Part shown: positions 29,384 to 38,591 of the stretch, piece by piece
Position numbering within the stretch: position 1 is the first letter of the stretch
Layout: every line of letters begins with the position of its first letter
Source of the DNA: Thaumarchaeota archaeon UBA141
Lineage (GTDB): Archaea; Thermoproteota; Nitrososphaeria; Nitrososphaerales; UBA141
Length of the DNA stretch: 64,000 bases
Assembly: GCA_002495315.1 (NCBI GenBank)
Contig: DAEN01000040.1
Span: 51,553-115,552 of the forward strand
Direction of reading: 5' to 3'
Position numbers and translations under genes: made by a program
The notes under the pieces: generated by a model
The model's database searches: none
Told to the model about the DNA's origin: nothing
What the model saw: only the letters and a program-made list of their open reading frames with translations

Positions 29384-29983
29384 TTGAGTTTCGAATCTTT
29401 CATGCCTGGAGCGACCGTGGTAGGGTTGACCTATAAAGACGGAGTATTACTATGCGGAGAAAAACGAATTGCCTATGGCACCTACATAGTCAGCCGCTCA
29501 GGTAAGAAAGTCTTCAAGATTACCAACTCTGTCGGAGCTGCTTTTGCTGGGATGGTGGCAGACATGCAAATTCTTGTTCGCGAAGTTAGCTCATATGTTA
29601 AGATCCGCGAGATGGAACTACGACGGCCTCTGCCACCCAACTCGGTGGCAAAGCTAATGTCTGTTTTTATGTTTGAAAGACGGTACTTTCCATATCTTAC
29701 ACAGGTAGTCATTGGAGGAGTAAATGGTACACCATCGATCTACGTCTTGGATCCTCTCGGATCTGTTATCCCTGACGAATACGCTGCAGTGGGGTCAGGC
29801 GCAGAAACAGCTATTGGCGTTGTCGAGACGGGGTTCACTCCGGGTCTTACAGAGAAAGCGGCGAAAGAATTAGCCACAAAGGCATTACGCGCCGCAATCC
29901 AACGCGATGCCGCAAGTGGAGACGGTATAGATTTCCTTACCATATCCAGCAAGGGCCAAAACGAGGAATCAATTAAATTCTAG
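29384..29983 (+). CDS. psmB: Proteasome beta subunit, probably non-catalytic (Thr1 replaced by Ala)
   Basis: PGATVVG (versus TGTTTVG), AGMVAD.Q, DPLGS, VGSG, RDAASGDG. Confidence 0.92.
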   Translation: MSFESFMPGATVVGLTYKDGVLLCGEKRIAYGTYIVSRSGKKVFKITNSVGAAFAGMVADMQILVREVSSYVKIREMELRRPLPPNSVAKLMSVFMFERRYFPYLTQVVIGGVNGTPSIYVLDPLGSVIPDEYAAVGSGAETAIGVVETGFTPGLTEKAAKELATKALRAAIQRDAASGDGIDFLTISSKGQNEESIKF

Positions 29984-30055
29984 GGGGATTGCTATGGAAT
30001 ACGTTCTAATGATCTGTTGTTAACGTTTGGATAAACCTGCAGATCTCCAAAGTCT

Positions 30056-30571
30056 CTATGTTCCTGAGTAGTCGAGTGGTGCACTTTCTCCTTTCCTTCT
30101 CGATAAGTAGGAAATAAAACCCAACAACAAGATTGTCCAGGCAAGAGAAGTTAGTATGTGTGGCAGACTTGCATATAGGAACGGAGCTGCCTCACTAACC
30201 TGGATCTGGATGGTCTTTATTCTCCCCCTGAGATCATCCATGCCTTGTTGGTAACCATCGCTATTTCTTGGAAGCTTCTGAAGCATTCGGCCTCTCTCAA
30301 GAAGCTCATTCAAGTCATTATTGATTAGCCTAAAATTGGTTTTATCAGTTGGAAAGATCCATACAGGGTTGCCTTCTGTTGGCAGGAATTTTCTACCTGA
30401 ATCCATGTAGAGTACCACTCCCTCAGCAAACCCGGCTGTTTCTGCCCTACTGAATAGAGCATTTGCTCGTTCGAGTGCGTAAATCGTGTCGACATAAGCT
30501 AGATAGGCCAGGATTCCCCCAGACGCAGTAAGAACTATGAAAATTGCTCCGACAACTATGAGTCTATTCAT
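30056..30571 (-). CDS. Hypothetical two-TM membrane protein with an extracellular helical loop
   Basis: N- and C-terminal hydrophobic helices; LP.EGNPVWIFPT..TNF; ATGA overlap with the upstream GT2. Confidence 0.75.
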   Translation of the reverse strand: MNRLIVVGAIFIVLTASGGILAYLAYVDTIYALERANALFSRAETAGFAEGVVLYMDSGRKFLPTEGNPVWIFPTDKTNFRLINNDLNELLERGRMLQKLPRNSDGYQQGMDDLRGRIKTIQIQVSEAAPFLYASLPHILTSLAWTILLLGFISYLSRRKGESAPLDYSGT

Positions 30572-32055
30572 GGGCCAAGATTTCCTAGGGTATTGGGATT
30601 CTCAATTTCTTCTTTCTCCTTCGTCATTCCTAACTTTAGGGAATGTATGAAGGTCATAGAAGCTATATAGAGGAATCCTGAAGTTGTCAGCAAGAGATAG
30701 GGTAAATAAAGAAAATTACGTGAGAAGATCGCTGCGGATATTCCAACACATCCATAGATCGCCAAGAGGAGCTCTAGAAAAGTAAGTTTGGGGAAACGAA
30801 GGACATAGTCTTTATCCTTCCAGTTATCACCGCCCGATTGAACTGCAAATTTCGGAGTCCTAAGGAAGGGACTTTTCCTTCCTAGAAGCCCTTCAATGAA
30901 TCCCACGCCATTATTTAATGAAATGCCAGAGCTGAAAAGCATCAATAATATGTAATCTCCTAGTTTTCGAAATGATTCTTTTCCCCAAAAGTGATGTAAT
31001 GCGAAGACATAGATAATCGGCCCGAGCAAGAGCTGAGAAACTATTGCAGTTACTGGAAAAATATCATACCGCATAGTCATTAAGAGCGGAAGGATGAGGA
31101 ACTGAAGAAGGAGTAGAGGATGAACTATATGTCTAGTCAACTGTAGAGAAGCTTGAATCTTAGTTTTTAGACTCAGCTCAGCTCTTGCCATTTGTCCTAG
31201 GAGTCGAACTGTACATTGTCCAGCACCTTTAGCCCACCTGAAATGTTGCCTCTTAGCAGCATTCACTTGGACAGGCAGCTCCGCAGGACAGGTGACGTCA
31301 TCTAGGAAGACTAGTCGCCATCCTCTGAGCTGAGCCCGATAGCTCAGATCTAAATCTTCGGCTAGAGCATCTTGCCATCCTCCTGCATCGACTATGCATT
31401 CCTTTCGCCAGATCCCCGCGGTTCCATTAAAATTCATAAAAAGCTCACATCCACTTCTCGCTCTCTGTTCAATTAAGAAATGCAGATCGAGATTGAGTGC
31501 TTGTGCTCGCGTAAGGGTAGAATAATGCTGGTTAAGGTGACTCCATCGAGCTTGAATTAGACCTACGTCTTGTCCATTAAATCGAGTGATAGTCTGACGA
31601 AGAAAGTTACTAGGTGGCAAGAAATCGGCATCAAATATGGCAATAAACTCACCATTTGCCTTCTCAAGCCCATATCGGAGTGCTCCAGCTTTGAATCCGC
31701 TCCGGGTGCTTCTATGTAGATATTCTATCATGAAACCCTGTTTCTTCCAATATCTAACCTGCTCTTGACTGAGATCTCTGGTCGAGTCGGTAGAGTCATC
31801 CAGGACCTGAATTTGTAAGCGATCCTTTGGATAGTCGAAAGCGCATATAGCTGCTATGAGTCTATTTGCTACATAACGCTCGTTGAATATTGGAAGCTGG
31901 ACAGTTACAAAAGGAAGGTCCATTGCCGCATTTCCTGTCGACAGCGGCTTTTTGTATCGAGATGAACGGTATAGAAGGTAATAAAAATTGAAGGCATATA
32001 GAAAAAGGACCCATGAGACCGCTGCATAGATGTAGAAGAGTAGATCAGCGTTCAT
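30568..32055 (-). CDS. Processive cellulose-synthase-like GT2 (CslA/C-like)
   Basis: QLPIFNE, QVLDDSTD, GFKAGAL, FDADF, FNGTAG.WR, EDLDL, QHFRW (QxxRW), several TMs. Confidence 0.9.
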   Translation of the reverse strand: MNADLLFYIYAAVSWVLFLYAFNFYYLLYRSSRYKKPLSTGNAAMDLPFVTVQLPIFNERYVANRLIAAICAFDYPKDRLQIQVLDDSTDSTRDLSQEQVRYWKKQGFMIEYLHRSTRSGFKAGALRYGLEKANGEFIAIFDADFLPPSNFLRQTITRFNGQDVGLIQARWSHLNQHYSTLTRAQALNLDLHFLIEQRARSGCELFMNFNGTAGIWRKECIVDAGGWQDALAEDLDLSYRAQLRGWRLVFLDDVTCPAELPVQVNAAKRQHFRWAKGAGQCTVRLLGQMARAELSLKTKIQASLQLTRHIVHPLLLLQFLILPLLMTMRYDIFPVTAIVSQLLLGPIIYVFALHHFWGKESFRKLGDYILLMLFSSGISLNNGVGFIEGLLGRKSPFLRTPKFAVQSGGDNWKDKDYVLRFPKLTFLELLLAIYGCVGISAAIFSRNFLYLPYLLLTTSGFLYIASMTFIHSLKLGMTKEKEEIENPNTLGNLGP

Positions 32056-33091
32056 ATTGAGTTCCTTTTGTTGTAGTTTGCAAAGCCTTTTTCGGTATAT
32101 CGAGTCTAGTTTTCCTGGTTTCTATGAATGTTACTGCAAATAGAAAAATAGCTAACCATGGTAGAAACAACAACTCTCCCGCTACCGCATGAAAACTCTC
32201 AAAGCTTCTGTTATCAGTGCTAACAAGCATGACATAGGTAGATAGCAAAAAGATGCGAAAGGCATTGACCATGAACGTCCCTATGGCTCCTGCAACGAAG
32301 TAAGTTATCTTCTTTGGAAAACGGATATCTAATTTTAGTAGAAAAATCGACATGATAAGTGAATATATGATCATGCTGTGCACTCCAGCCGAAGGCCAAA
32401 AGACAGCTAGAGTAAACGGCCCGTGATTACCTGTGAGAGTTATGTAGTTCCCCACTACAATTGCTTCTCCAATTCCAAATAGATGTATTAGAAAGACATC
32501 GATAGAAAGGAGGACTGGGACTATCGCTTGCAATGGACCAAGAGATTCGAACGGGAATAAAGCATCCAGAGCCAAGATGATTATGAATCCAGCTATGTAG
32601 ACCATACATGACGGCATCTTTCTTAGACTCTTCCATCCGTATGAGGCGGATATGACTACAGCTAAATACAGCAGAAGAACAAGGTAATCCCAGAGCCAAA
32701 GGAAACTACTTGAGAGCTGGATATTAAGAAACTCTCCAAGTTCTAGAATTCTGGTTTGCAACGGGCCTAGTTCAATAGAAGAAAAATAGGCAAGGGAAAA
32801 TACCAGAGATGAAAGGACCAATACCATTCGTTTTCCTCTTAGTATGAGCCTTAGCTGGTGTCTTGCATCAAAGTATTCAATCATCAAGAAGATAGCTGCA
32901 AAAATGAATCCTCCTCGTCCCTGGTTCCAAACGAGTCCAAAGGAACTCGGATTAATCACACTTACGAATAGAACTGGAAAAATTGCCAAGAGGAGCCAAT
33001 ATTCCTTGTCGCGGCGCTCGATGAATCTTCTTCTGAATGTAGCGGGGAATAATTTCATTCTCCCCATCATTTCCTCGATCAAATCATTCAA
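32045..33091 (-). CDS. Thaumarchaeosortase (exosortase family, Ser nucleophile)
   Basis: Polytopic; WNQGRGG, FWPSAGVHS (Ser at the Cys site), VNAFRI (Arg), FH..AGE (His). Confidence 0.88.
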   Translation of the reverse strand: MNDLIEEMMGRMKLFPATFRRRFIERRDKEYWLLLAIFPVLFVSVINPSSFGLVWNQGRGGFIFAAIFLMIEYFDARHQLRLILRGKRMVLVLSSLVFSLAYFSSIELGPLQTRILELGEFLNIQLSSSFLWLWDYLVLLLYLAVVISASYGWKSLRKMPSCMVYIAGFIIILALDALFPFESLGPLQAIVPVLLSIDVFLIHLFGIGEAIVVGNYITLTGNHGPFTLAVFWPSAGVHSMIIYSLIMSIFLLKLDIRFPKKITYFVAGAIGTFMVNAFRIFLLSTYVMLVSTDNRSFESFHAVAGELLFLPWLAIFLFAVTFIETRKTRLDIPKKALQTTTKGTQYER

Positions 33092-33287
33092 TTGGTTTTT
33101 TATTCTTCTGTTATAACTCTCAATTCTTCCCTCTGCAGCTGTGGCATTTTGTTGAACTACACGTCTGTAACTTCGGATTGGTTGTCCGTTAACTGGTGGC
33201 TATAGAATATGGATCGAATAACCTAGGAGATTTGTTTTCCCTTTCCACAAGGCATTTTATGGGATGATGAACAGTTAGATGGCTCGG

Positions 33288-33379
33288 GCCCCAGTAGCTC
33301 AGCCTGGCCAGAGCGGCTGATAATCTCTTAGCCGAGCCTCGTAAGCAGCAGGCCGCGAGTTCAAGTCTCGCCTGGGGCT
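33288..33379 (+). tRNA. tRNA-Thr(CGU) with a 17-nt intron at 30/31 (33320-33336)
   Basis: Acceptor GCCCCAG/CTGGGGC-T; BHB GAG-CGGC-[TG|A]-TAA..TTA-GCCG-[AG|C]-CTC; spliced arm GCTGC-CTCGTAA-GCAGC. Confidence 0.93.
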
Positions 33380-33451
33380 CTAGTTTACCAAGAACCTCTA
33401 AGTCGGTAATCAGCAGATCTGTGGTCAACATATAGGAATTATATTATTCCC

Positions 33452-33494
33452 ACGTAGTGATAATAAGCGAACTTACGTAGTGATGATAAGTGAA
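33452..33494 (+). repeat. 20-bp direct repeat (23-bp period) spanning the start of the MBL gene
   Basis: ACGTAGTGATAATAAGCGAA and ACGTAGTGATGATAAGTGAA (18/20 identical). Confidence 0.8.
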
Positions 33495-34293
33495 AGAAAT
33501 AGCTAACGGGATTTACTGCAGGATCGATCCTGCAGGTAGGACCAATGTGGGATTCATAGACTGTGGAGACGGTCTGATATTTGTAGATACGACTTTATTC
33601 CCTAGGACCACTAGGGAAGCAGTATCTTCAGCAAGGGCTATCAGCAAGAAACCCTTTAGCTATTTAGTTAATACTCATTATCATTCCGATCATACGTTTG
33701 GCAATCAGGAATTCTCTTGTCCAATTGTGGCTCATAGATTATGCTCAAGTTTGATGCGAAACCGACTTCCAGAGGAGCTAAGGACAAGGATTGAAACCTT
33801 TCCAAAGGAAAGTAAAAGCAGACTGGAAGAAGTGAAACTCACCTACCCATCCCAAGACTTTGACGAAGAGATTACTCTTGATGACACACACAATACGACA
33901 TTAGTTCACATGGGCGGACATACACCTGATAGCCTTGTAGTAGCACTTCCTGACGAAGGAGTGATCTTCGCTGGAGACCTACTTTTCGTTGGTTATCATC
34001 CATTCTTGATAGATGCTGAAATAGAGAGCTGGCTAACTGGGTTGGAGAAGCTTAAAGGCCTTAAAGCTCAAATTATCATCCCTGGTCATGGATTCTTGAC
34101 CGATACAAATGAAATAGAAAATATGATTTCTTACCTTAGGATCTTTAGAGATAATCTTGCTAAATTGAAGAGAGAGGGCTATAGCAAAGAGGAGCTGGTT
34201 ACTAGGCCAGAAATGCTTTCACTTCCCAGCAGACTAAGAGAGGAAAGAATCGCGATCAATATTCAAGCAATGTACGATAGGACAGTTATCTGA
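33490..34293 (+). CDS. Metallo-beta-lactamase fold hydrolase (cyclase/glyoxalase II-like)
   Basis: NTHYHSDHT.GN, GGHT, FAGDL, IPGHG. Confidence 0.88.
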   Translation: MKEIANGIYCRIDPAGRTNVGFIDCGDGLIFVDTTLFPRTTREAVSSARAISKKPFSYLVNTHYHSDHTFGNQEFSCPIVAHRLCSSLMRNRLPEELRTRIETFPKESKSRLEEVKLTYPSQDFDEEITLDDTHNTTLVHMGGHTPDSLVVALPDEGVIFAGDLLFVGYHPFLIDAEIESWLTGLEKLKGLKAQIIIPGHGFLTDTNEIENMISYLRIFRDNLAKLKREGYSKEELVTRPEMLSLPSRLREERIAINIQAMYDRTVI

Positions 34294-34319
34294 TTGCTTT
34301 GGACTTGGTATCCTGAAAG

Positions 34320-34961
34320 ATGAAATCATCTATACGAATTCTCTCTTTCGATTTAGTAGGCACGCTGATTCACCCCGAATACGTTGACTCTTTTTGGGAG
34401 GAAGAGATACCAAAGCAACTAGCTCGAGAACGCGGAATTTCCTTTGAAAAAGCTCGCGAATACGCTCTCGCCGAATATCAAAAGATAGGAGATAACGATG
34501 TCAGATGGTATCTTCCAGCTTTTTGGACTAAAAAATTCGGACTGTTAACGAGTCCTATTACTATATTAGAGACGAGCGCTAATAAAATGTGTTATTATCC
34601 AGACACTCTTGAAGCACTGGCCCCTCTTCATGATCGGTACCAAATGATAATAGCATCTGGTGCTCCGATAGAGATTATCGAATTTGTCATAAGACCGATT
34701 GCAAGTTACTTCCACCGTATATTCTCAACTGTATCCAGTCTGGGATATGTGAAGAAGACTGAGGATTTTTATTCTCACATTTGTCGCGAACTCGGAAGCA
34801 AATGCGAGTCGATCCTTCACATAGGCGACGATAAAATACTGGATTTCGAGCTATCTCGTCGTGCAGGATTCAACTCGTATTATCTAGATCGGAAATGCGA
34901 TGATCCTCTTGGTTATGATACAATACGGAACCTGGTAGAGCTCAGAAACAAATTGCTCTAG
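34320..34961 (+). CDS. HAD-superfamily hydrolase
   Basis: SFDLVGTL, IAS, LHIGDD..LD. Confidence 0.85.
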   Translation: MKSSIRILSFDLVGTLIHPEYVDSFWEEEIPKQLARERGISFEKAREYALAEYQKIGDNDVRWYLPAFWTKKFGLLTSPITILETSANKMCYYPDTLEALAPLHDRYQMIIASGAPIEIIEFVIRPIASYFHRIFSTVSSLGYVKKTEDFYSHICRELGSKCESILHIGDDKILDFELSRRAGFNSYYLDRKCDDPLGYDTIRNLVELRNKLL

Positions 34962-35087
34962 ACACGGTTACGCGAATTACTCGAAGTTGACCTGAACTAG
35001 GACGTGTAATGATAATCGAGATCTTCCCAAATTAGTCTTGAGCAAGCTAAGAGGTAAATTTCTTAAGCTCTATCATAACAGCGGCAT

Positions 35088-35948
35088 ATGATGAAAGCCG
35101 CGCAAAAGTTACGTTCGCTGATAGCTGATCCTGGGATCTTGGTAAGTACAACGGCTCATGATGCTTTGTCTGCAAGAATTATCGAGAGAGCTGGATTCGA
35201 ACTTATTTTCCATACAGGGTACGGTAGTGCAGCTACTAGGCTAGGCATGCCTGATCTAGGATTGCTGACAATGACTGAAAGCGTTGAGGCTGTTTCATCT
35301 ATCGCAAGGTCAGTCCGGCTCCCAGTTATAGCTGATGCGGATACAGGATATGGTGGACTCGTGAATGTAGAACGAACAGTGAAAGAAATGGAGAGAGCAG
35401 GAGCTGCGGGGATGATAATTGAAGATCAGCAGTGGCCGAAGAGATGTGGACATATGGAAGGAAAAGAAGTCATCACGGTTGATGAGCAAATCGAGAAGCT
35501 ACACGTAGCGATTGAGTCGAGGGAAGACCCTGACTTCGTTCTAGTGGCGCGTACAGATTCAAAAGCACTATACGGTCTTGATGATGCATTAACCAGAATA
35601 AAGTTGTACGAGGAAGCTGGTGCAGATATGGTTTTTGTTGATGCTTTGGAAACCAGGACTGAGATGAAAGCTGTTCCCCGTGCAGTTCGAAAACCTGCTA
35701 TGATTACATTCATTCCCGGAGGAAAAACATCTAGGTTAACTAAAGCTGAAGCAGAAGAGCTCGGCTACAAGATGTTTGTATTGGCTCTAATTCCACTCTA
35801 TGCAGCAGCTAGCGCTATGGTGGAGACATGCGACCAGATTTTTCAGGGTAACCCGGAAGGCAAGGGCTTTCCACGTTTAACATTTAGAGAATTTAACTCT
35901 CTGATCGGGATAGACGCCTATCAGAAATTAGTGAAAACGCAACCATAG
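35088..35948 (+). CDS. Isocitrate lyase/PEP mutase family (methylisocitrate lyase PrpB-like)
   Basis: HDALSAR, LGMPDLG, ADADTGYG, IEDQ.WPKRCGH, ARTD, AGAD.VF. Confidence 0.88.
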   Translation: MMKAAQKLRSLIADPGILVSTTAHDALSARIIERAGFELIFHTGYGSAATRLGMPDLGLLTMTESVEAVSSIARSVRLPVIADADTGYGGLVNVERTVKEMERAGAAGMIIEDQQWPKRCGHMEGKEVITVDEQIEKLHVAIESREDPDFVLVARTDSKALYGLDDALTRIKLYEEAGADMVFVDALETRTEMKAVPRAVRKPAMITFIPGGKTSRLTKAEAEELGYKMFVLALIPLYAAASAMVETCDQIFQGNPEGKGFPRLTFREFNSLIGIDAYQKLVKTQP

Positions 35949-35957
35949 CTATTTGTG

Positions 35958-37139
35958 TTACGAATTCTCGGACAAAACGGTGCCGGAAGCAATAGAACCA
36001 TTCCTAATCACTGCGTGCAAAAGTTCGCGGGATTGAAGAGATCGAATATCTTTTAGGGGATCTGCGTCTAATACAAGAAGATCGGCTAGTTTTCCCTCCT
36101 CTATAGAACCCAAGATACCACCCATTCTTAGAGCCTCCGCTGCAGTCTTTGTCGATGCAATAATTGCATCGTTTTCACTCATTCCATTTGCTACCATTAA
36201 TTCCAACTCGTAGGCATTTTCTCCATAAGGACTTCCTTGTATCCCGCCTTCATCACTTCCCATGGCGATCTTCACTCCAGCATCAACCGCTAGCCTAAAG
36301 CTCTTAGGATGTTCTTCGAGTCCATGCTTTACTTGCTGCAAGATCTCGTCTGAGTAGCGATTATCTTTTCTTACATTCCACCTGCGTACATAGAGAGTCG
36401 GGACGTAATAGATATTTTTCTTGACCATCACATCTAGGACCTGATCCGGCTCTTCAGCGATTAGAAAACCATGTTCGATTGTATCGGTACCTGCTTCTAT
36501 TGCATCCATGATGGCTTGTGGACTTCCTGCATGAGTAGCTACCGTCTTGTTCGCCAAATGTGCTTCATTTATGGCAGCCTTCATTTCTTCAACAGTCGGT
36601 CGAGCATACTTTGTTAAGGAGTCAGAGCTGAGTTTAATGAAGTCAACACCGTTCTTGATCAAGGTCCGGGCAGCCTTACGATAGCTATCTGTACTGTCCA
36701 CTTCTATGCCGATCCCTAGACTAGCCAAATGACCGCCAGTGATACACAGTCCTTTTCCACAAGTAAACATTCGAGGAGATTCGACTAGTCCTGCATAAGC
36801 AGCTTTTCGAACTTCGAAGTCGATTAGGTCAGGCGTTCCGCAGATCCTCACCGTAGTAACTCCCCCGTCCAGCATGGCTTTGACGTTACGAGCAAATCTT
36901 AGGGCTAGGTAAGCTGAAGAGGCCTTAACATCTAGACCTGAAGGGTGAACATGGAGATCTATTAGACCTGGCATTACTATCCTACCCGAGGCCTCGATGA
37001 GGAAATCATCATCGGTGTGAGGTATGGAATGACCTGATTGGACTACGCTGATCCGATTTCCTTTGATCGCAATAGATGCGTCCTCAATGATCTGTCCAGT
37101 TCCGTCAATGAGCTTTGCACCCTCTATGATAATTGCCAA
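35958..37139 (-). CDS. Metal-dependent amidohydrolase (Xaa-Pro dipeptidase-like)
   Basis: PGLIDLHVH, TGGH, DFIK, THA, TIEHG, MGSD, GKLADL. Confidence 0.9.
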   Translation of the reverse strand: MAIIIEGAKLIDGTGQIIEDASIAIKGNRISVVQSGHSIPHTDDDFLIEASGRIVMPGLIDLHVHPSGLDVKASSAYLALRFARNVKAMLDGGVTTVRICGTPDLIDFEVRKAAYAGLVESPRMFTCGKGLCITGGHLASLGIGIEVDSTDSYRKAARTLIKNGVDFIKLSSDSLTKYARPTVEEMKAAINEAHLANKTVATHAGSPQAIMDAIEAGTDTIEHGFLIAEEPDQVLDVMVKKNIYYVPTLYVRRWNVRKDNRYSDEILQQVKHGLEEHPKSFRLAVDAGVKIAMGSDEGGIQGSPYGENAYELELMVANGMSENDAIIASTKTAAEALRMGGILGSIEEGKLADLLVLDADPLKDIRSLQSRELLHAVIRNGSIASGTVLSENS

Positions 37140-37352
37140 CTTGTCCGCGGGTTAATGTAATGACATACATATGAACATCTCTAACTACTAATGAGATCTT
37201 ACAGGGGGGATATCCTCTTCATTTGTTTGAACTGTCTTTTGATTTGTGATTCTACTAATTCCAGTCCGGAAGCAAGGTATCATGGGGCTTGGTCTTTTCC
37301 GAAAGGCCTAAAAATCAGGTTTCAAAGATCCAGTAGGTGGGCGTCACAATAA

Positions 37353-37529
37353 ATGCCTGATAAATACTTGAGATGGAACCTTGTCTGTAAGAAATGCGAT
37401 GCAAAGTTTTACACACAACAACGGGGACCTCCTGCCCCTCATCTCAATATACGTGCTACTCCGAATGAATACGTCTGTCCAAAGGGCCATAGCGAGCTCT
37501 ACTTTTGGTCAGATTTCGTTTTTGACTAG
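37353..37529 (+). CDS. Small 58-aa zinc-ribbon protein (absent from ORF track)
   Basis: MPDKYLRWNLVCKKCDAKFYTQQRGPPAPHLNIRATPNEYVCPKGHSELYFWSDFVFD*; CxxC plus CPxGH; fills the intergenic gap. Confidence 0.7.
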   Translation: MPDKYLRWNLVCKKCDAKFYTQQRGPPAPHLNIRATPNEYVCPKGHSELYFWSDFVFD

Positions 37530-37550
37530 AAGGTACTAATTCAAAACGCG

Positions 37551-38591
37551 TCAGGTGGTTATTAGCTCAACCTGATTGGCCTCAATAGCTCGACGTACTT
37601 CTAGAGCGATTCTACGTCCCATGCTCATTTTTGTATCATAAAGCAAAGCTGTATATGGTGAACCTTCGATAAAGAGATTGGTTCCAGCTACAATCCTACC
37701 TGAGAATTCAAAGGAAACGAATTTTCCATCTCCATCATAAATCCCTTCTATACAAAAAGGGCCAACAATTCCTGGAGGTACTAAAACCTGAGAAGCGCGG
37801 ACAAACCTTTCTCCTATCTTGTAGACTTCGTCCAGCAGAGACTCTCTCAACACAAGGGGAGAATTTCCCACAACGATGTAGGAAGGCGCACTTGTTCCCA
37901 TCTCAATTTGTGCTGACGCAGGAATCCTTCCTAGGCCGTCTACATTGGTTTCATATCTCCGATCTATCCCAAAGAATTCAAGCTCGCGGCTGAGGGGCGA
38001 AAAAAAGTACTGAAGATAGACTGGTACTCCTTTGATATATTCCTGGATGTAGACATTTTCCTCTTCACTATTTCGGATCAATCCATCAGATCTTAGCGCG
38101 GCGAGTTTTTCCTCGTAGCTCTTGGTATTGGTTGCTAGGAAATAGCCGCGGCCTCCGGCTGCGCCCGAAAGCTTCGCTATGACAAGTCGATCAATCTCGC
38201 TGGGATCATTATACGATTTTGGTAGGTTCAATCTTGCAGCCTTCATCAGCTTTTCTTTCTGCAGTCGATCCGCCTCCCACCGGAGGATATACCGATTCCC
38301 AAAGACCGGAATTGGCAGAGATTCCTCAATCGCGTCTACTCCAACTTCTGAGATTAATGTACCATGAGGAATAAGAATAGAGTCTGTCTGCTTTAACCTC
38401 CTAATTCTTGTGGGAGAGACTATGTCAGAGAATTTCTTTACTTGTATCATATTATCGATGAACTTAAACCGATTGTAGAGGCTCTGGCGGTCCTGTTTTG
38501 TCACCAGAAGAGTCGAAAAGCCTTCGTCCTTAGCTCCTTTCAGAAGTTGCAGAGCACAGTGGGACCCAAGGGTCGCTATCGTCTTGATCAT
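37551..38591 (-). CDS. purP: PurP-family FAICAR synthetase paralog 2 (ATP-grasp)
   Basis: IATLGSHCALQ.LKGAKDEG, IPHGT, GAAGGRGYF, DRRYE, SGRIVAGTN, SMGRRIA. Confidence 0.92.
   Translation of the reverse strand: MIKTIATLGSHCALQLLKGAKDEGFSTLLVTKQDRQSLYNRFKFIDNMIQVKKFSDIVSPTRIRRLKQTDSILIPHGTLISEVGVDAIEESLPIPVFGNRYILRWEADRLQKEKLMKAARLNLPKSYNDPSEIDRLVIAKLSGAAGGRGYFLATNTKSYEEKLAALRSDGLIRNSEEENVYIQEYIKGVPVYLQYFFSPLSRELEFFGIDRRYETNVDGLGRIPASAQIEMGTSAPSYIVVGNSPLVLRESLLDEVYKIGERFVRASQVLVPPGIVGPFCIEGIYDGDGKFVSFEFSGRIVAGTNLFIEGSPYTALLYDTKMSMGRRIALEVRRAIEANQVELITT

Noticed and set aside
37259..37290. TTCCAGTCCGGAAG...GGGG as a possible ORB element
   Set aside because: Single poor match with wrong spacing, 8 kb from cdc6, and no inverted partner
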